From positions 28,433 to 92,432 of the forward strand of contig JBDHWD010000002.1 of NCBI GenBank assembly GCA_039810005.1: DNA of 64,000 nucleotides, given 5' to 3'. This document shows, piece by piece, positions 47,278 to 56,002 of this stretch; position 1 is the stretch's first letter, and the number at the start of each line of letters is the position of its first letter. The position numbers and the translations under genes are program-made. The stretch is from Thermomicrobiales bacterium. Its GTDB lineage: Bacteria > Chloroflexota > Chloroflexia > Thermomicrobiales > CFX8. The notes under the pieces are model-generated. The model searched no databases and was not told the DNA's origin. It saw nothing but the letters and a program-made list of their open reading frames with translations.

Positions 47278-48068
47278 ACGACAAGCCGCGTAAAGTTCGC
47301 GCTGATGAGCTCGTCGTCCGGCTCGGATTGGCGGATTCACGCTCGCAGGCAAAGGCACTGATTCTGGCCGGAGATGTCCGCTCCGGTGATCGCGTGATCT
47401 CCCGTCCAGCTGAGATGCTTGACGATGCGCTACCGCTGACGTTGAAGGCGAAGCTGCCGTATGTCAGCCGTGGTGGACTCAAGCTGGAACACGCGCTGGA
47501 CGCATTCGGAATCGACGTCGACGGCGTTGTTGCCGCCGACCTGGGCGCTTCAACCGGCGGATTTACGGACTGCATGCTCCAGCGCGGCGCTCGTCGCGTC
47601 TATGCAATCGACGTTGGATACGGGCAGCTCGACTACAAGCTGCGATCGGACGACCGCGTTGTCGTGATGGAGCGTGTCAACGCTCGGCATCTGGAAACGC
47701 TTCCGGAGCCGGTCGACCTCGTGACGATTGACGTGTCGTTTATTTCGCTGGCACTCATCCTTCCAGTTGCCTACCGCCTGCTGTCGGATTCGGGCGCGTG
47801 TATCGCGCTCATCAAACCGCAATTCGAGGCCGGCAAGGAGAAGGTCGGTAAGGGCGGTGTCGTGCGCGATCTGCGGGTGCGCCGCGAAGTGATTACGCTG
47901 ACGATCGAAACCGCTCGGGAGATTGGCTTTGCGGTGCGCGGCCTTGTGCGCTCACCGATTACGGGTCCGGCCGGGAACGTGGAGTTCCTCATCTGGCTCG
48001 GCAAGCAGACGGAGACTGACATCGGCGCAGTAATTGACGAAGCCATTGCGCGCGAGGTGGGCGAATGA
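47274..48068 (+). CDS. tlyA: TlyA-family rRNA 2'-O-methyltransferase (S4 + FtsJ domains)
   Basis: RADELVVRLGLADSRSQAKALI (S4 domain), DLGASTGGFTDC (SAM motif) and KPQFEAG. ATGA overlap with ruvC. Confidence 0.85.
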   Translation: MNDKPRKVRADELVVRLGLADSRSQAKALILAGDVRSGDRVISRPAEMLDDALPLTLKAKLPYVSRGGLKLEHALDAFGIDVDGVVAADLGASTGGFTDCMLQRGARRVYAIDVGYGQLDYKLRSDDRVVVMERVNARHLETLPEPVDLVTIDVSFISLALILPVAYRLLSDSGACIALIKPQFEAGKEKVGKGGVVRDLRVRREVITLTIETAREIGFAVRGLVRSPITGPAGNVEFLIWLGKQTETDIGAVIDEAIAREVGE

Positions 48069-48808
48069 GCGATCCATTCGCCGACATTGTCAAAGCCCTC
48101 AACGCCTCAGCCGCCGAATCGATCGATCAGAGGCTGGACGTTCGGACGGACACCACTCGCAAGCAGCGCACGGGAGCACCGGAAATTGTCTTTGGCGAGG
48201 GCAAGTCCGACGCGCAGATTGTCGCTGCATGCAGGGCCCTGCTCGTGACGAACCCGCGCGTTATCGTAAGCCGCATCGATCGCGAACGTGTCGACCAGGT
48301 GGCCGAATCGTTTGGAGACGTCGAGATACAACAGCCGTTCTCCGGTAGCACGTTCGTCATGGTGCGTGATGCAGCTGAACCAGTCGCCGCAGCTGGCCGC
48401 ATCGCCATCCTCACAGCTGGCACATCCGATCTCGCGGCCGCCGGCGAAGCCGCTACCGTTGCGACTGAGCTTGGTTGCGATGTCACGCTGATCGCCGATG
48501 TGGGAATCGCCGGACTGCATCGACTGGTCCAACCGCTTCGATCGTTGACGTCGGAGGGCGTGAAGGCACTCATCGTTGCAGCCGGCATGGACGGCGCTCT
48601 GCCGACTGTCATCGCCGGTCTGGTTGACGTTCCGGTGATCGGGTTGCCGACATCTGTCGGGTACGGCATAGCCAGCGGTGGCAGTGCCGCCCTCACCACG
48701 ATGCTGGCGTCCTGCGCTCCGGGGTTGGCCGTCGTCAACATTGACAATGGGGTCGGCGCAGCCGTGTTCGCAGCGCGAATCGTCAGGGCAATCGCAGCCG
48801 CGAGCTAA
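48065..48808 (+). CDS. larB: LarB (nickel-pincer cofactor biosynthesis, PurE-like carboxylase/hydrolase)
   Basis: AILTAGTSDLAAAGEA...IADVGIAGLHRL...VAAGMDGALPTVIAGLVDVPVIGLPTSVGYG. ATGA overlap with tlyA. Confidence 0.8.
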   Translation: MSDPFADIVKALNASAAESIDQRLDVRTDTTRKQRTGAPEIVFGEGKSDAQIVAACRALLVTNPRVIVSRIDRERVDQVAESFGDVEIQQPFSGSTFVMVRDAAEPVAAAGRIAILTAGTSDLAAAGEAATVATELGCDVTLIADVGIAGLHRLVQPLRSLTSEGVKALIVAAGMDGALPTVIAGLVDVPVIGLPTSVGYGIASGGSAALTTMLASCAPGLAVVNIDNGVGAAVFAARIVRAIAAAS

Positions 48809-49773
48809 CCGTCCTGCCGAAACCGATCGACCGTGCGCCGAGCGACGACCGACGCAACCGTGATTGGGTCTGCGTCGCGATTTGCGAGCGATGTGAAGAG
48901 ATCGTCGAGACCGGCATCACTCGCTACCGCCTCTATTTCGCGGGTCAGTTGACGACGCGCAAGGCGAACGACTTCCCGCCGATCGCGTCGAGCACGCCGG
49001 ATGCGTCCTTCGCCGCTGTCTTCAAGGAATTGGCGGTGCTGGTCAAGCTTGTCGATCAGCGCGTCGGTATTGCGATGCTCGCTGGCCACCGTCTCGACAA
49101 TTGGCGGCGTCCACGGCCGGGATTCGCTGAGACGAAGCATCATTCGAAGATCCCGAACCATATCGTTCGCGCCGGGAAGATCGGCCTTGTTGACGACCAG
49201 AACATCCGCGATCTCCAGCACGCCGGCTTTGATCGCCTGAATACTGTCACCGGTGCCGGGTACCTGGATCAGGAGCGTCGTGTCGGCGAGCTCACCGACA
49301 TCGACTTCGTCCTGACCGACGCCGACCGTCTCAATCAGAATCATGTCGAAGCCATAGGCATCCAGCAGATGGACGACTGCGCCAACACCGATCGACAGCC
49401 CGCCCATTTCGCCGCGCGTCGCCATCGATCTGATGTAGACACCCGGGTCGTCGAAGTTGTCCAGCATGCGGATGCGGTCGCCGAGCGTCGCGCCACCGGT
49501 GAGAGCGCTCGACGGATCGACAGCGACGACAGCGACCGTCTGGCCACGCGAACGGTAGCCGCGAATCAGGGCGTTCGTCAGCGTGCTCTTGCCTGCGCCG
49601 GGCGGGCCGGTAATGCCGACAACGTAGGCAGTACCGGTCGATCCGTAGAGATCGCCCATTGCTCGCATGCCAGCAGCTTTGCCGTTCTCGACGAATGAGA
49701 TCAGGCGCGCGAGCGCGGCGCGGTCTCCGGCGCGAAAGCGCTCGACGAGATCCCGAGGGGCGGTCGCCGTCAC
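48805..49773 (-). CDS. meaB: Methylmalonyl-CoA mutase-associated GTPase MeaB (ArgK)
   Basis: GITGPPGAGKSTL P-loop, ETVGVGQ and VNKAD. Directly downstream of the mutase subunits. Confidence 0.9.
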   Translation of the reverse strand: MTATAPRDLVERFRAGDRAALARLISFVENGKAAGMRAMGDLYGSTGTAYVVGITGPPGAGKSTLTNALIRGYRSRGQTVAVVAVDPSSALTGGATLGDRIRMLDNFDDPGVYIRSMATRGEMGGLSIGVGAVVHLLDAYGFDMILIETVGVGQDEVDVGELADTTLLIQVPGTGDSIQAIKAGVLEIADVLVVNKADLPGANDMVRDLRMMLRLSESRPWTPPIVETVASEHRNTDALIDKLDQHRQFLEDSGEGRIRRARRDRREVVRLARRQLTREIEAVASDAGLDDLFTSLANRDADPITVASVVARRTVDRFRQDG

Positions 49774-50198
49774 GAACCGCTCCGATCCGGTGCATGGTCG
49801 CGAATGAAGCGCACTGCTTCGTCCATCGGCGTGCCCGGCCCGAAGACCGCCGCCACGCCAAGCTGTTTTACCCGGTCCACATCCTCGTTCGGAATCGTCC
49901 CACCGGCGACCACAAGAACGTCGTCCACACCGGCTTTCTCGAGTTCAGCGAAGATCTTCGGAAACAGCGCCAGGTGCGCACCGGACAGGATCGAAAGCCC
50001 GATGACGTCGGCGTCCTCGTCGATTGCGGCGCGTGCGATCATCTCCGGCGTCTGAAACAGCCCGGTGTAGATTACTTCCATCCCTGCGTCGCGGAGCGCG
50101 CGGACCATGACCTTGGCGCCGCGGTCGTGTCCGTCCAGCCCGGGCTTGGCGACCAGCACGCGGATCGGCGTGGTGCGGGGGTGTGCTTGACTGACCAT
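49770..50198 (-). CDS. Methylmalonyl-CoA mutase, cobalamin-binding subunit
   Basis: 142 aa with KPGLDGHDRGAKV (D-x-H-x-x-G B12 motif) and SILSGAH. Confidence 0.9.
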   Translation of the reverse strand: MVSQAHPRTTPIRVLVAKPGLDGHDRGAKVMVRALRDAGMEVIYTGLFQTPEMIARAAIDEDADVIGLSILSGAHLALFPKIFAELEKAGVDDVLVVAGGTIPNEDVDRVKQLGVAAVFGPGTPMDEAVRFIRDHAPDRSGS

Positions 50199-50216
50199 GA
50201 TGTCCTCCAGTCGCTC

Positions 50217-51866
50217 CTAGACGACAACCATTTGTCGATACTCGCCGTACACATGGCGCAGGCAGTTCGTGATCTCGCCGAGCGTTGCGTAAGCATTTGC
50301 AGCGTCAATAAGAAACGGCATGACATTCACGCCGTCGCGCGCGGCGTTATCCAGACGCTCGATGGCTGCGCGGTACGCTGCGTCATCACGCTCGGCGCGC
50401 GTGCGCTGCAAGCGCTCGATCTGGCGCGCTTCGCCGTGCGGATCCATCTTCAGGATCGGGATGCCGGGCTCCTCATCGGAGCGGAAGGCATTGACGCCGA
50501 TTACGATCTTGCGCTGCTCAACCAGCGCCTGCTCGTAGCTGTATGAGCTATCGGCGATGCTGCGCAGGAAGTAGCCCTGCTCAATCGCAGGGACAACGCC
50601 GCCGTACGATTCGATCTCGTCGAAGATCGCGTACACCCGCCGCTCCATATCGCTCGTCATGGCTTCGACGGCATAGGAGCCACCGAGCGGATCAGCGATA
50701 TTCGTGACGCCGCTCTCATGGGCGATGATCTGCTGCGTTCTCAGGGCAATACGGGCCGCCCACTCGCTCGGCAGAGCGATCGCCTCGTCGAGCGAGTTCG
50801 TGTGCAGGCTCTGCGTGCCGCCCAGAACCGCAGCCAGTGCCTGAATCGTCGTTCGAATCGCGTTGTTCTCCGGCTCCTGCGCTGTCAGTGAGCAGCCAGC
50901 CGTCTGAGTGTGGAATCGCATCCAGAGTGAGCGCTCGTTCTTCGCACCGTAGCGCTCGCGCATCAGGCGCGCCCAGATTCGCCGGGCTGCGCGGAACTTG
51001 CTGATCTCCTCGAAGAAGTCGTTGTGGCAGTTGAAGAAGAAGGAAAGTCGCGGCGCGAACTCGTCGATATCCAGACCACGCTCGATCGCCGCGTCGACGT
51101 AGGCCAGACCATCGGCAAGCGTAAACGCCAACTCCTCGGCTGCCGTCGCGCCCGCCTCGCGGATGTGATAACCAGAGATCGAGATCGAGTTCCAGAGCGG
51201 CATCTCGCGAGTCGAGAATTCGATGGTGTCCGTGACGAGCTTCATCGACGGTTGCGGTGGGAAGATGAACTCGTTCTGCGAGGTGAACTCTTTGAGGATG
51301 TCGTTTTGCAACGTTCCCCGGAGCCTGCTGCGCGGAACGCCCCGCTTCTCGGCTGTCGCGATGTACATCGCCCAGATTACGGCTGCCGGACCGTTAATCG
51401 TCATTGATGTTGTGACCTGATCGAGCGGGATCTCGTCCAGCAGCACTTCCATGTCTGCCAGCGACGACACAGCGACGCCGCACTTGCCGAACTCTCCTTC
51501 GGCTAGCGGATCATCCGTGTCGCGTCCATACAGCGTTGGCAGATCAAACGCGATCGACAGCCCTGTTTCGCCGTGGTCGAGTAGATAGCGGAAGCGTGCG
51601 TTGGTCTCTTCAGCCGATCCGAAGCCAGCAAACATGCGGATCGTCCAGAGTTTGCCGCGATACATAGACTGGTGGATGCCGCGAGTGAACGGGTATGTAC
51701 CCGGATCACCGAGGTCACGGTCGTAATCGAAGCTGATCGCTTCCAGATCCTCCGGCGTATAGACCGGCTTCACCGGTTCGCCCGACGTTGTGGTGAACTC
51801 GCGTTCTTCCGGAGGCGGGCTGTTGTAGCGATCGTCGCCCGGCATGCTGCTCAATGGTCCGGCCAT
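50217..51866 (-). CDS. Methylmalonyl-CoA mutase, large catalytic (TIM-barrel) subunit
   Basis: [30 protein letters not shown] and [15 protein letters not shown] 51866 is preceded by GAGGAGGG. The track start at 51980 adds a non-homologous extension. Confidence 0.9.
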   Translation of the reverse strand: MAGPLSSMPGDDRYNSPPPEEREFTTTSGEPVKPVYTPEDLEAISFDYDRDLGDPGTYPFTRGIHQSMYRGKLWTIRMFAGFGSAEETNARFRYLLDHGETGLSIAFDLPTLYGRDTDDPLAEGEFGKCGVAVSSLADMEVLLDEIPLDQVTTSMTINGPAAVIWAMYIATAEKRGVPRSRLRGTLQNDILKEFTSQNEFIFPPQPSMKLVTDTIEFSTREMPLWNSISISGYHIREAGATAAEELAFTLADGLAYVDAAIERGLDIDEFAPRLSFFFNCHNDFFEEISKFRAARRIWARLMRERYGAKNERSLWMRFHTQTAGCSLTAQEPENNAIRTTIQALAAVLGGTQSLHTNSLDEAIALPSEWAARIALRTQQIIAHESGVTNIADPLGGSYAVEAMTSDMERRVYAIFDEIESYGGVVPAIEQGYFLRSIADSSYSYEQALVEQRKIVIGVNAFRSDEEPGIPILKMDPHGEARQIERLQRTRAERDDAAYRAAIERLDNAARDGVNVMPFLIDAANAYATLGEITNCLRHVYGEYRQMVVV

Positions 51867-52033
51867 GGAACCCTCCTCACAGTACTGGCCTGTAGTCGGC
51901 TCCGTTGCCGACCGGAGGTGCAGGTGGGCCGCGCGTTTAAGCCTACGAAATCGATGCCGAAGGTATCGAGGCATACGCATACAGGCACTACGCGGCTGCG
52001 CCTGGTTCAGATTATCGCAGGTCGCTGACCACG

Positions 52034-52891
52034 CTAGGCGTTGCGATAGTCGTAAAAGCCTTCGCCAGACTTGCGGCCGAGCTTGCCGGCAGCGACCATT
52101 TTGCGCAGAAGCGGGCAGGGTCGGTACTTCGGATCACCGAGGTCGCGATGCAGAACGACGAGGATGTCAAGGCAGACGTCAAGCCCAATGAGGTCGGCCA
52201 GCGCCAGCGGACCCATCGGGTGGTTCATGCCCAGCTTCATGACCGCATCTATGTTGTCACGAGTCGCGACGCCCTCCATCAGGCAGAAGACGGCTTCATT
52301 AATCATCGGCAGCAGCACGCGGTTCGAGACAAAGCCCGGGAAGTCGTTGACCTCAACCGGCGTCTTGCCGACGTGCTCGGCCATCGCGATGACCGACGAG
52401 ACAGTATCGTCGTCAGTCTCCAGACCGCGGATGATCTCAACGAGCTGCATTACCGGCACAGGATTGAAGAAGTGCATGCCGATGACCTTGTGCGGGCGTC
52501 GCGTGGCCGCGCCAAGCATGGTGATCGGAATCGAGGACGTATTCGAGGCCAGAATGGTCTTCTCTCCCGCAACTTCATCGGCACGCTCGAAGATGTCGCG
52601 CTTCAGCTCAGCGATTTCGGGGACGGCCTCAATCACCAGGTCGACGTCGGCGATCGGATCAAAAGACAGAGACGTTTCAATCAGCCCGAGCGCGAGATCC
52701 TTGTCACTCGCGGTCATGCGTTCCTTGTCAACGTTGCGCTGGAGATTGCGGCGAATCGTGTCGATCCCGCGTTCGAGGCTGTCCTCGTTGACGTCAATCA
52801 TCGTCACCGGAATACCGGCCTGCGCGATGACCTGCACAATGCCGTTTCCCATCGTCCCGCCACCGACGACAGCCACTTTACCCAACTCCAT
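52034..52891 (-). CDS. 3-hydroxybutyryl-CoA / 3-hydroxyacyl-CoA dehydrogenase
   Basis: [13 protein letters not shown] Rossmann motif, SNTSSI and [16 protein letters not shown] 52891. Confidence 0.85.
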   Translation of the reverse strand: MELGKVAVVGGGTMGNGIVQVIAQAGIPVTMIDVNEDSLERGIDTIRRNLQRNVDKERMTASDKDLALGLIETSLSFDPIADVDLVIEAVPEIAELKRDIFERADEVAGEKTILASNTSSIPITMLGAATRRPHKVIGMHFFNPVPVMQLVEIIRGLETDDDTVSSVIAMAEHVGKTPVEVNDFPGFVSNRVLLPMINEAVFCLMEGVATRDNIDAVMKLGMNHPMGPLALADLIGLDVCLDILVVLHRDLGDPKYRPCPLLRKMVAAGKLGRKSGEGFYDYRNA

Positions 52892-52976
52892 GCAACCATC
52901 CCTTCCCGTCGCTGCAATCAATCCAGGCTTCTGGCTCGCGAGCCGCTCGCGCGCTACCGCGACCCGAAGGTTTGTA

Positions 52977-53627
52977 TCACGCGCCTTTCGGCTTCGTCTC
53001 CACGGTCGCCTTCTGATTGAACTGATTCATTGCCGAGACCAGTCCCTCCCGGATCCAGACAAGGATAGCGTCACTGGTGCGATCGAGAATGTCCTCGAGC
53101 TCGCGCCGCTCAGTTGCGTTGAAGCGAGAGAGCACGTAGGGAACTGTCGGACCGGACGCCGGGCGGGAGATGCCAATGCGGAGACGAGGGAACGTGTTCG
53201 TCTTCAGGCTACGGATGATGGACGCGATGCCGTTGTGTCCACCATCGCTGCCATCTGCCCGCAGTCGAATCGTGCCAAGCGGCAGGTCCAGATCGTCATA
53301 AACAACCAGCAGCCGGTCGAGCGGCACCTTATACCAGCGCACGAGCTGGGCGACCGCGATGCCGCTTTCGTTCATGAACGTCTGCGGCTGAGCGAGAACG
53401 ACCCGTGAATCGCCGTCGCGCGTTTCGACGATGTGCGCCTGAAATCTGGCCCGCGACGTTCCTTCGGGAAGCCGCCGCTGCAGTCGCTCAACCGCCATGA
53501 AGCCTGCGTTGTGGCGGGTGCCTTCATATCGCCGACCCGGGTTCCCTAACCCGACAACGAGCCAGACATCTCCATCGCCCTCTCTCACAGCCCCTCTGTT
53601 CTCCTGTCCCCGCCGAAATAGCCGCAT
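52977..53627 (-). CDS. pth: Peptidyl-tRNA hydrolase
   Basis: [29 protein letters not shown] and GGHNG. ATG 53627 lies 7 nt after GAGGGG. Confidence 0.9.
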   Translation of the reverse strand: MRLFRRGQENRGAVREGDGDVWLVVGLGNPGRRYEGTRHNAGFMAVERLQRRLPEGTSRARFQAHIVETRDGDSRVVLAQPQTFMNESGIAVAQLVRWYKVPLDRLLVVYDDLDLPLGTIRLRADGSDGGHNGIASIIRSLKTNTFPRLRIGISRPASGPTVPYVLSRFNATERRELEDILDRTSDAILVWIREGLVSAMNQFNQKATVETKPKGA

Positions 53628-53686
53628 CTGACCGCCCCTCATTCGAGATAAGGGGCGCGTCGCCCCGATGGTATACTGCTGAGTCG

Positions 53687-53715
53687 TTGACACCCGATGT
53701 TGCCGGCGCTAATAG
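53687..53715 (+). promoter_or_regulatory. Candidate promoter for the second tatA-like gene (TTGACA-N17-TAATAG)
   Basis: -35 at 53687-53692 and -10 at 53710-53715, 25 nt upstream of ATG 53740. An additional TGGTATACT lies at 53669-53677. Confidence 0.45.
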
Positions 53716-53739
53716 CACTGCGGACCCCGGAGTATTGCA

Positions 53740-54156
53740 ATGAATCTTTTCGGCATGGGCACCCCGGAGATCCTGGTGATCATGGTTGTCGCCCTGATCA
53801 TCTTCGGTCCTGGGAAGCTCCCTGAAATTGGAGCGCAGGTCGGCAAGGCCGTGCGCGACTTCCGCAAGATCACCCGTGAAATGACCTCCGAGTTCGAAGA
53901 CTCAATTGGTGACGTCCAGTCTTCGGTCAACGAAGTCAAGCAGACGGTCAGCAACGTCCAGAAGGAAACGGCCGCAATCGCTCAGTCTATCCCGTCGTCG
54001 ATCGAAGGGACAAGCACCAAGTCCGCCAGCAAGCCCCAGACGGCTGCGGCTGTGGCTGCGAGCGAAGCGACACGCGACGATCCGTTCGCTGATCTGGCTG
54101 CACTCGATGAGATTGACGTCAACGCAGAGACTCCCGCGGCCACCACAAACAGCTAG
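53740..54156 (+). CDS. TatA/TatB-family twin-arginine translocase subunit (second paralogue, longer)
   Basis: 138 aa with ILVIMVVALIIFGPGKLPEIGAQVGKAVRDFRK, an amphipathic region and a long acidic, Ala-rich tail. Confidence 0.75.
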   Translation: MNLFGMGTPEILVIMVVALIIFGPGKLPEIGAQVGKAVRDFRKITREMTSEFEDSIGDVQSSVNEVKQTVSNVQKETAAIAQSIPSSIEGTSTKSASKPQTAAAVAASEATRDDPFADLAALDEIDVNAETPAATTNS

Positions 54157-54764
54157 CCGGCCCTGGCTCCGACCCATATAAACGCGCTGCCCCAGCGGTC
54201 GTCGGAAGCAACAAGCTCACCCGTCAGGTGAGGTATTCGTGGCAGATCAGGCGGGTACGGGTCTGCTGTTCCATAGACGACGCGGTTCATCCAGATACGG
54301 ATAGTCGCGAACGGGCCTCGCTCGATGGTGCCACCGAGCAGCACTCGAAATTCTCCGTTTGCGGCGAGTACTCGCGAGACCTCCTGAATCGTGTCCTCCC
54401 GGAATATCCACGGCCCTGGATAGGTCGCCGTCACCAACTGGACGGATTCGTCCTGCAGCGGCAGCGCTGCGGCTGATGCACGAATGACGACCGCGCCGCG
54501 CCGGTGTGCCCGCGCAACCATGTTGTGCGACGGGTCGATGCCAATTGCAAGACGACCACGTCGCCGCGCATCGTGCAAAAGCCTGCCTTCGCCGCAGCCA
54601 AGATCGAGCAGCACGCCGTCCGGCGCGCCATCCAGCAACTTTCGGCGACGGCCATCCCATGCTCCGCCCATCAGCACGCGTCCTGCCGGCTCATGCAGCG
54701 CAGCGAGAGGGCCGTATAGCAGATCGAACGCGCGCTGCAGCAGCAAACGACGCACGTCAGCCAC
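54153..54764 (-). CDS. Class I SAM-dependent methyltransferase
   Basis: VLLDLGCGEGRL (motif I) and IGIDPS. The substrate is unknown. Confidence 0.7.
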   Translation of the reverse strand: MADVRRLLLQRAFDLLYGPLAALHEPAGRVLMGGAWDGRRRKLLDGAPDGVLLDLGCGEGRLLHDARRRGRLAIGIDPSHNMVARAHRRGAVVIRASAAALPLQDESVQLVTATYPGPWIFREDTIQEVSRVLAANGEFRVLLGGTIERGPFATIRIWMNRVVYGTADPYPPDLPRIPHLTGELVASDDRWGSAFIWVGARAG

Positions 54765-54796
54765 TGTCAGAGCTGCCTGCTGGCATACTAGCGTCC

Positions 54797-55999
54797 ATGA
54801 TGAAGCAGCCTCTCAATTCGTTCGTCGTTGAAGCCACGGATGGACGCGCGCGCGTCGGTCGCCTTCGCCTGCCGCGTGGAGAAGTCCGCACGCCGGTCTT
54901 CATGCCGGTCGGTACACAGGCGTCCGTCAAATCGCTCGACCCGGATGATATCCGTGGCGCGGGCAGCCAGATCATTCTGGCGAACACGTACCACCTCATG
55001 CTGCGCCCGGGTGCCGACGCGCTCCTTGAGCTCGGCGGAATCAGCCGTTTCATGCGCTGGGGCGGCCCGATTCTGACTGACTCGGGCGGCTTCCAGGTCT
55101 TCAGTCTGGCCGGCAGCCGCAAGCTGAGCGACGAGGGCGTCCTCTTCCGCTCTCACCTCGATGGCAGCGAGCACCTCCTCAGCCCCGAAATCGCGATGGA
55201 ACTGCAGCTTAAGTTCGGTTCCGATATTACGATGGCGCTCGACGTGCTGGCCGGCTTCGATGATTCCGATTCTGCGCAGGCTGAGGCGATGAAGCGCACC
55301 CACGCCTGGCTGCCACGCAATATCAAGCGCTTCCAGGAGCTTCACCACGGCGAATCCCCACGCGGACTGCTATTCGGGATCGCGCAAGGTGGCTTCGACA
55401 CCGGACGAAGACAGGAATCGGCCGCGTTCGTTGCGGCGACTGATGTCGATGGCTGCGCTATTGGTGGGCTGAGCGTCGGTGAGCCAAAGGAGACGATGGC
55501 CGAGATGCTCGACGCCTCGATAAGCGGCCTGCCGATGGATCGACCCAGGTATCTGATGGGAGTCGGGTCGCCGGAGGATCTGTGGAACGGTGTTGCTGCC
55601 GGAGTCGATATGTTCGACTGCGTGCTGCCGACACGCGTCGCACGGCGCGGCGCGCTCTTCACGCGCGAGGGGCGTATTGACATAACAGCAGCGCGCTTCA
55701 AGCTGCTGGACGAGCCAATCGAGGCGGACTGCGACTGCTATTCCTGTCAGACGTTTTCTGCCGCATACATTCATCACCTGTTCCGCGCTCGTGAGCTGCT
55801 CGCCTACCGACTTGCGTCGATACACAATATCCGCTTTCTGATCAGGCAGATGGAGCAGATGGAAGTCGCGATCCGAGCCGGGACCTTTGCCGAACAGCAC
55901 CGGGAGTTCCTGGGAACCTATCAACCAGCGAACCAGCGGGTCGCTGCCGAGCAGCGCGCCAAACATCGCGCGGCGCGTGCTCGCGATCTCGCACGGTAA
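54797..55999 (+). CDS. tgt: Queuine tRNA-ribosyltransferase
   Basis: ATDGRARVGRL...RTPVFMPVGTQASVK, LTDSGGFQV, GGLSVGE and CDCYSC (Zn site). ATG 54797/54800. The upstream part of the track ORF is antisense to the methyltransferase. Confidence 0.95.
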   Translation: MMKQPLNSFVVEATDGRARVGRLRLPRGEVRTPVFMPVGTQASVKSLDPDDIRGAGSQIILANTYHLMLRPGADALLELGGISRFMRWGGPILTDSGGFQVFSLAGSRKLSDEGVLFRSHLDGSEHLLSPEIAMELQLKFGSDITMALDVLAGFDDSDSAQAEAMKRTHAWLPRNIKRFQELHHGESPRGLLFGIAQGGFDTGRRQESAAFVAATDVDGCAIGGLSVGEPKETMAEMLDASISGLPMDRPRYLMGVGSPEDLWNGVAAGVDMFDCVLPTRVARRGALFTREGRIDITAARFKLLDEPIEADCDCYSCQTFSAAYIHHLFRARELLAYRLASIHNIRFLIRQMEQMEVAIRAGTFAEQHREFLGTYQPANQRVAAEQRAKHRAARARDLAR

Positions 56000-56002
56000 C
56001 GC

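Noticed and set aside
51867-52033. Cobalamin riboswitch upstream of the B12-dependent mutase genes
   Set aside because: Reading the minus strand, I found only short hairpins and no B12-box-like AGYCMGG.AGACC segment or GGUGGGAA-type core. B12-dependent enzymes are also not the usual riboswitch targets. A covariance-model scan would be needed for certainty.
52071-53408. 445-aa and 290-aa plus-strand ORFs overlapping hbd and pth
   Set aside because: They are antisense to well-supported hbd and pth genes. The product is Ser/Arg-rich low-complexity sequence, and the ORFs span the hbd-pth intergenic gap only by chance.
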